This document shows positions 58,608-64,000 of a DNA stretch of 64,000 nucleotides, one piece after another. This DNA is from Bacteroidetes bacterium UKL13-3 (GTDB lineage Bacteria; Bacteroidota; Bacteroidia; UKL13-3), in NCBI GenBank assembly GCA_001602415.1, contig CP012155.1, positions 1,914,223-1,978,222 on the forward strand, given 5' to 3'. A program made the translations under genes and the position numbers. A model generated the notes under the pieces. The model was not told where the DNA came from, searched no databases, and was given only the letters and a program-made list of their open reading frames with translations. The first letter of the stretch is position 1; the number at the start of each line of letters is the position of its first letter.

Positions 58608-59582
58608 ATGATGCAAATACTCGAACAATTTAATGGACTAAACGTATTGGTTGTAGGCGATGTAATGATTGATGCATATTATTTTGGTAAGGTAGAACGC
58701 ATTTCGCCAGAAGCACCCGTTCCTGTTGTTGCCGTTAAAAAAAAAGAAAATAGACTTGGTGGTGCTGCTAACGTTGCCATGAACTTGGTTGCACTTGGAG
58801 CTAAACCTACTGTTTGCAGTGTTGTTGGGAATGATAAAGATGGAGATGATTTAATTCAATTGTTTCAACATAATGGAGTATCAACAAACGGAATCGTTAA
58901 GTCGGATGAAAGAGTAACCACTGTAAAGCTTCGCGTTATTTCGCAGGCCACGCAAATGTTACGTATTGATACAGAAGAAACCAAAGCTATAAATAACAAA
59001 GAGAGTGCCGAGCTTGTTGAGCGCATCTCTGTATTATTAAAAGATGCGGATGTGTTGATTTTTGAAGATTACGATAAGGGTGTATTAACCAAAGAAAATA
59101 TCGCTCAAATTACAGCCGAAGCCAAAAAAAATAATGTTCCGGTAGTGGTTGATCCGAAGAAACGTAATTTTAAACATTACCATTATGTCGATTTGTTTAA
59201 ACCGAATTTAAAAGAATTGAAAGAGGGTTTAAATATAGATTTTGATGCAGAAGATACTGCTGCTTTTGAGGATTCGATTAAACAGATGATGGAACACATG
59301 CACCTCAAACATGCCATGATAACAATGAGCGAGCGAGGTGTAATGATTACAGATGGAAAAACCTTCAACTACATTCCTGCTCATATTCGAAAAATTGCCG
59401 ATGTAAGTGGAGCAGGTGATACCGTAATTAGCATAGCTGCTTTATGTTTCGCACTCAAACTAAACATGAAAGATACGGCAGCCTTATCAAACTTAGCCGG
59501 AGGATTGGTATGCGAAGAAGTTGGCGTGGTTCCTATTGATAAACTAAAACTCACACAAGAAGTAATTGAATTAGGTTTATAG
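58608..59582 (+). CDS. Heptose-7-phosphate kinase-like (RfaE/HldE kinase domain only; PfkB family)
   Basis: VGDVMIDAY…ERISPEAPVPV, LGGAANVA, EDYDKG, VDPK, KPN..E, DVSGAGDTV; no C-terminal adenylyltransferase domain. Confidence 0.88.
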   Translation: MMQILEQFNGLNVLVVGDVMIDAYYFGKVERISPEAPVPVVAVKKKENRLGGAANVAMNLVALGAKPTVCSVVGNDKDGDDLIQLFQHNGVSTNGIVKSDERVTTVKLRVISQATQMLRIDTEETKAINNKESAELVERISVLLKDADVLIFEDYDKGVLTKENIAQITAEAKKNNVPVVVDPKKRNFKHYHYVDLFKPNLKELKEGLNIDFDAEDTAAFEDSIKQMMEHMHLKHAMITMSERGVMITDGKTFNYIPAHIRKIADVSGAGDTVISIAALCFALKLNMKDTAALSNLAGGLVCEEVGVVPIDKLKLTQEVIELGL

Positions 59583-59602
59583 AAACAGACTTATTCCATT
59601 GC

Positions 59603-60562
59603 TTAATTCAAGATAACCTCTGTAGCCCCACCACCAAATTTTACCATATCAGCATCCTGGTATTTTTTTACTACAGACTTTTGCTGTCCTAAATAATTTT
59701 TGATCTTATTTTTAAGGAAATGATTACCAATTCCGTGTATAAAAATGATCTTTTGCATTTGGTGCACATGGCCCATCTCCAAGCTTTTGGTAAAAACCTT
59801 CATCTGCAAATCAAGTATATCTTGTGCACTTAATTCGTTGGCTCGATCGGTTAATTTTTCAATATGTAAATCAACAATGGGTTGTGGTTTTTTAGTGAGG
59901 GATTCTCCTGTTACAAACGTTTGCTTAGCTGTTGGTTCGCTAAAATCCTTGTTCAATAATTTTTGAATATCTGTTTTATTAATAGCCTCATCAATGCGGA
60001 AAGAGTATGCTTGTTTACCCAAAAAATAACAGTGCTTAAAACTTGCGTGAAACTCCTTTGCATTCATCTTTATTGTTTTAACTAATTGCGGCTTAAAATC
60101 GTTTCCACTCTCATTTACAAACATGATTTGAAAAGCCATTTCGGGCCACGTATTAAATTGTTCAAGATTAAACTTACCTAATGAAACATATGTTTCCAAC
60201 GATACTGTTCCTTGTTGGCGCAACTCATACAATTGATTGTTTTTTTGAAAATAAGCAAATGAGATATTATCACTCTCGGAGTTATGCAATTTAAGTTCTA
60301 AAGCTGTTTCACTCAATCGTTCAAAAGCAATGTGAATACCTGAGTGTACTTTAACAAAGTTGGATTTCTTGGTAATAAAAACCGGTTCATCCTTTTTGGC
60401 AACAACGGTTTCTTCAATTTTTACAACCTCATTAGCGGCTACCGGAATTTCAAAATCATCTTCAATTGTAACACCTACTATTTTTCCGTTAATATTGGTT
60501 ACTACGCCCTGCATATTTTCGTTTACAAAACGAACTTTATCTCCTAACTTTAATGTGCTCAT
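59603..60562 (-). CDS. DUF2027/Smr (MutS2 C-terminal-like) domain protein
   Basis: N-terminal KOW-like LGDKVRF; C-terminal VDLHIEKL…IFIHGIGN..LK…GGGAT. Confidence 0.88.
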   Translation of the reverse strand: MSTLKLGDKVRFVNENMQGVVTNINGKIVGVTIEDDFEIPVAANEVVKIEETVVAKKDEPVFITKKSNFVKVHSGIHIAFERLSETALELKLHNSESDNISFAYFQKNNQLYELRQQGTVSLETYVSLGKFNLEQFNTWPEMAFQIMFVNESGNDFKPQLVKTIKMNAKEFHASFKHCYFLGKQAYSFRIDEAINKTDIQKLLNKDFSEPTAKQTFVTGESLTKKPQPIVDLHIEKLTDRANELSAQDILDLQMKVFTKSLEMGHVHQMQKIIFIHGIGNHFLKNKIKNYLGQQKSVVKKYQDADMVKFGGGATEVILN

Positions 60563-60564
60563 GT

Positions 60565-61341
60565 TTAGTTGTTGGCTACCTGCACAATTTCTTTGAGTCG
60601 TTGTGCAAGTTGTATTAAGTATTTACTTTTAATTTCGGCAAGTGTATTCTCATTTCCTGCTCTTATGGTAATCGTTTCGGCACGAATCAGTGTTCCAGTG
60701 TAATCAAATAAATTATAGTGTACCGTGTATTCTCTGGTGTATGATTGTTTAAGCCACTCTATACTGTTTTTATTAGATGTATTGATTTCAAATTGCGTAA
60801 TAAACAGTATGTATTTTTCGTTGTATTTTTTATGAAGGTATTGAAACAACTCTTTATTGCCAATAGCACCTAACATCACTGATGAATCGCTCACCCAAAA
60901 GGTTTGTTCTTTATTTTTTCGTGTAAACTTAGCACTTATGTTTTTGAGAGAGGCTGTAACAGGAGATTGTTTTGAGGCCAGATATTCTTCCTGCAATTGG
61001 CGAGAGTATAAGGTGTAATGCGTGGCTGCATATATTTTGTTCAAATCTTCCTCTCCATTGGTTGTGGTGGAACGTAACAAACTGATTGCATCAAAATTTG
61101 CAAGTAATTGGTGATGAATATTTGATTCCAAATCTAATCGTAAACTACTGCGCACTTGGTTCACGTCTTTTTTACTGAATTGTGAAATATCCTCGTCCGC
61201 ATCGCTAAAGTGCATCATCGTTTGATTTGGCACAATCAGTATTTTAGTGGGAATTGTTTTGACAGAATCTAGCATTACCGGCTGAGCCATCAACACAAAA
61301 CCACATCCTATGAATACAATAAAGAGTATTTTTTTCATCAT
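60565..61341 (-). CDS. Hypothetical secreted protein
   Basis: Signal peptide (LMA-Q); 258 aa; no family recognised. Confidence 0.75.
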   Translation of the reverse strand: MMKKILFIVFIGCGFVLMAQPVMLDSVKTIPTKILIVPNQTMMHFSDADEDISQFSKKDVNQVRSSLRLDLESNIHHQLLANFDAISLLRSTTTNGEEDLNKIYAATHYTLYSRQLQEEYLASKQSPVTASLKNISAKFTRKNKEQTFWVSDSSVMLGAIGNKELFQYLHKKYNEKYILFITQFEINTSNKNSIEWLKQSYTREYTVHYNLFDYTGTLIRAETITIRAGNENTLAEIKSKYLIQLAQRLKEIVQVANN

Positions 61342-61468
61342 GGGTTATAATAAGATGTTCGAATGTAGTAGTTTTCATGAAGGTGGAAATCCACATTCTA
61401 ACAAACGAAGGTTAATAACCACGTGAGCAAACAATCGAAGGCTGGCGTGGGGTGAATCCAATGGGGAA

Positions 61469-62794
61469 TTATTTTAAGAACAATCCAATAAGATCGTTAC
61501 CAAAAATAAGCACCATCAACGAAAGTAAAATAACCATTCCAACTGTTTGTACGCGCTCCATAGCTTTTGTACTAATTGGTTTTCCAGTGATCATTTCAAT
61601 TAACAATAGCACCACATGTCCACCATCCAAAGCCGGAATTGGTAAGATATTCATGAAAGCAAGTCCTAAAGAAATAAGGGCTGTAAAAAGCCAAAAGCGA
61701 CTCCAAATCCATTCTCCACCATAAAACTTAGCGATACCTATCGGACCCGTTACTGCTTTATTAGCAGGAATATCTCCACTAAAAATTTTACCCCACCCTT
61801 TTACCTGCATCGAAATTGTTTCCACAGCCTTATCAACTCCTTTGGGAAACGATTGTAATAAACTGAATTTTACTGAATCGTAAGCAAGTTCTTGGGGAAT
61901 TGGAGAAAAGCCAATTTTTCCGTCTGCGGTAACTTCTACAGGGATATTTAATGTATCGCTACCACGCAGCAATGTTACTTGTGCTTGTTTGCCACCAACT
62001 GCCTTTAAAGCAAGTTGCAATTGGTCGAAGAAAAGAACAGGACTTGAATCAATACGAAGCAATACATCACCTTTTTGTATACCTGCTTTTTCGGCAGGAA
62101 AGCCACTAACAATATCTCCAACAGTAAAGGCAAAACGGGGTGAAAGAAAATCAATTTTTTGGGCCGAAGCGTATTGTTTTGCAAAATCCCTAGGCAACAT
62201 AACGGACGTTTCAGAGCCATTTCTAACTACAGTGTAGGTAGTATTTTCGCCTAATATTTCATCGGCACTCACGGCATCCTCAAAATATTTTATTGTTTTA
62301 CCATTTACCGAAACAAGTTTATCACCATCTTGAAATCCAACTTGTTTAGCAAAATCGGATGCTACCACTCCATGCGTTAACGAACTATTAAGCGTGTATT
62401 TTTCGCCATAGGAATACGAGATGAGTGCAAAAATGATTATACCTGTAAGTACATTCATAACCACACCACCAACCATAACAATTAAACGTTGCCAAGCCGG
62501 TTTGCTTCTAAACTCCCACGATTCTGCAGGTTTTGCCATGGCTTCTGTATCCATGCTCTCGTCAATCATACCAGCAATTTTCACATAACCTCCTAATGGA
62601 AGCCATCCTATACCATATTCGGTTTCACCAATTTGAATGCTAAATAACTTCTTGCCCCAAGCATCAAAGAATAAATAAAATTTTTCGACTTTAATTCCGA
62701 AAGCACGTGCTGCCCAAAAATGCCCGAGTTCGTGTAAAATTACCAAAATAGAAATACCCGTAATAAGCTGGGCCGCCATTATTAATCCTTGCAT
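61469..62794 (-). CDS. rseP: RIP metalloprotease RseP
   Basis: HELGH, PLGGYVKI, GGVVMN, PDZ domains, NILPIPALDGG. Confidence 0.97.
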   Translation of the reverse strand: MQGLIMAAQLITGISILVILHELGHFWAARAFGIKVEKFYLFFDAWGKKLFSIQIGETEYGIGWLPLGGYVKIAGMIDESMDTEAMAKPAESWEFRSKPAWQRLIVMVGGVVMNVLTGIIIFALISYSYGEKYTLNSSLTHGVVASDFAKQVGFQDGDKLVSVNGKTIKYFEDAVSADEILGENTTYTVVRNGSETSVMLPRDFAKQYASAQKIDFLSPRFAFTVGDIVSGFPAEKAGIQKGDVLLRIDSSPVLFFDQLQLALKAVGGKQAQVTLLRGSDTLNIPVEVTADGKIGFSPIPQELAYDSVKFSLLQSFPKGVDKAVETISMQVKGWGKIFSGDIPANKAVTGPIGIAKFYGGEWIWSRFWLFTALISLGLAFMNILPIPALDGGHVVLLLIEMITGKPISTKAMERVQTVGMVILLSLMVLIFGNDLIGLFLK

Positions 62795-62883
62795 GTTATG
62801 TGTTTATCGTTGTTAATTTTAGTTTACAGTTTCCCGTTTCCAAATAGGTTCGCGAAAATAGGTGTTTTATGTTAAATCTGAGA

Positions 62884-64000
62884 TTACAAAAATGAGGCCG
62901 CAACTTTACGTGTTTCTGCATCTGTTGAGATATAATCGTCAAGCGTTGGCTTAGCAATGAAGGAAACGCTGTTCATGCAGCGTTCGTTAAGCTCTGCTAT
63001 TTGTAAAAATTTAATTTTATCGTTAAGAAATGCGTCAACTGCCACTTCGTTTGCCGCATTTAAAATACATGCCATATTGCCACCTTTATTCATGGCCTCA
63101 TAGGCTAGACCCAGGTTTCGGAATGTTTCGGGATCTGGCTCCTCAAAGGTAAGCGTATTGATTTCGGTAAAACTTAGTCTTTTAAAATCGGTTTGAATTC
63201 GGGAAGGAAAAAAGAAAGCATAATGAATGGGAAGTTTCATATCAGGCAATCCCATTTGCGCTTTAATACTTCCATCAGTAAACTCAACCATGCTGTGAAT
63301 GATACTTTGCGGATGCACAACGGCTTTTATGTTTGCTCCTTTAACACCAAATAACCATTTGGCTTCAATCACCTCCAACCCTTTGTTCATGAGTGTTGCC
63401 GAGTCGATAGTAATTTTAGCACCCATGCTCCAATTGGGATGTTTAAGTGCTTGTGCTTTGGTTACCTCTGCTAAATCATTTCTCTTTTTACCTCTAAAAG
63501 GACCACCGCTGGCGGTAAGAATAATATTTTCGATGGCGTTCAAATCTTCGCCTACCAAACATTGAAAAATTGCTGAATGCTCGGAATCAACAGGAATTAA
63601 ATCCACTCGGTTTTGAGCACATAATTGTGTTATTAACTCACCTGCCACAACCAATGTTTCTTTATTAGCCAGCGCAATACGTTTTTTATTTTCGATAGCT
63701 TTTATGGTTGGTAATAAACCACTGTAACCAACCATTGCAGTGAGCACGGTATCGGCAGAGGTTATTTCCATTATATCGGCAATGGCTTTGCTCCCTGCAA
63801 AAACTTTTATATCGTGAACAGCTAATGCCTCCTTAACTTGTAAGTATTTGCTTTCATCGGCAATAACTACATGATTGGGTGTAAACTCTTTGGCTTGTGC
63901 AATCAACAAGTCGGCATTGGAGTTTGCCGTTAATACTTCAATCTCTATTTTATCTTTTTGCTCACGAGCTATTTCCAGAGCTTGTGTGCCAATTGACCCG
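62884..64000 (-). CDS. dxr: 1-deoxy-D-xylulose-5-phosphate reductoisomerase (5' end lies outside the window)
   Basis: Open to the window edge (…GSIGTQAL); LANKETL, PVDSEH, LTASGGPF, HPNWSMG.KI, NAANEVAV. Confidence 0.97.
   Translation of the reverse strand, partial: GSIGTQALEIAREQKDKIEIEVLTANSNADLLIAQAKEFTPNHVVIADESKYLQVKEALAVHDIKVFAGSKAIADIMEITSADTVLTAMVGYSGLLPTIKAIENKKRIALANKETLVVAGELITQLCAQNRVDLIPVDSEHSAIFQCLVGEDLNAIENIILTASGGPFRGKKRNDLAEVTKAQALKHPNWSMGAKITIDSATLMNKGLEVIEAKWLFGVKGANIKAVVHPQSIIHSMVEFTDGSIKAQMGLPDMKLPIHYAFFFPSRIQTDFKRLSFTEINTLTFEEPDPETFRNLGLAYEAMNKGGNMACILNAANEVAVDAFLNDKIKFLQIAELNERCMNSVSFIAKPTLDDYISTDAETRKVAASFL

Noticed and set aside
1-64000. Reassignment of TAA to an amino acid
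   Set aside because: Many intact genes here end at TAA at their expected length (for example the HDAC, rnr, yebC and clpB genes).

Overview
Chromosomal segment of a Bacteroidota bacterium. The assignment rests on gldB, T9SS sorting domains, TAnnTTTG promoter elements and an IS982 transposase. Most of the window is housekeeping or envelope genes: HDAC-family hydrolase, nadE, gldB, rnr, rnhB, pruA, mnmD, yebC, arfB, clpB, aminotransferases, a heptose-kinase-like gene, rseP and a partial dxr. It also holds one tRNA-Val(TAC), three T9SS cargo genes and a wzx/wzz/O-antigen-ligase cluster. Accessory or unusual parts are: (1) a complete IS982-family element abutting a 5'-truncated ABC transporter; (2) an AT-rich island (about 45.6-50 kb) of uncharacterised secreted, Cys-rich, DUF4221-like genes, divergent from a LuxR-type response regulator, with two strong dyads in the shared promoter; (3) a 7TM sensor kinase broken by two in-frame TAA codons and a frameshift; (4) an outer-membrane barrel gene with TAA at codon 2; (5) an unannotated 24-aa membrane sORF with a strong Shine-Dalgarno; (6) a Lys-rich/acidic 65-aa protein next to the deacetylase; (7) a family of 18-bp REP-like palindromes and heptamer tandem repeats. 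No CRISPR array, prophage or rRNA was found. All product calls come from motif recognition by eye; no database searches were run. Where I shortened an ORF start, the evidence field says so.
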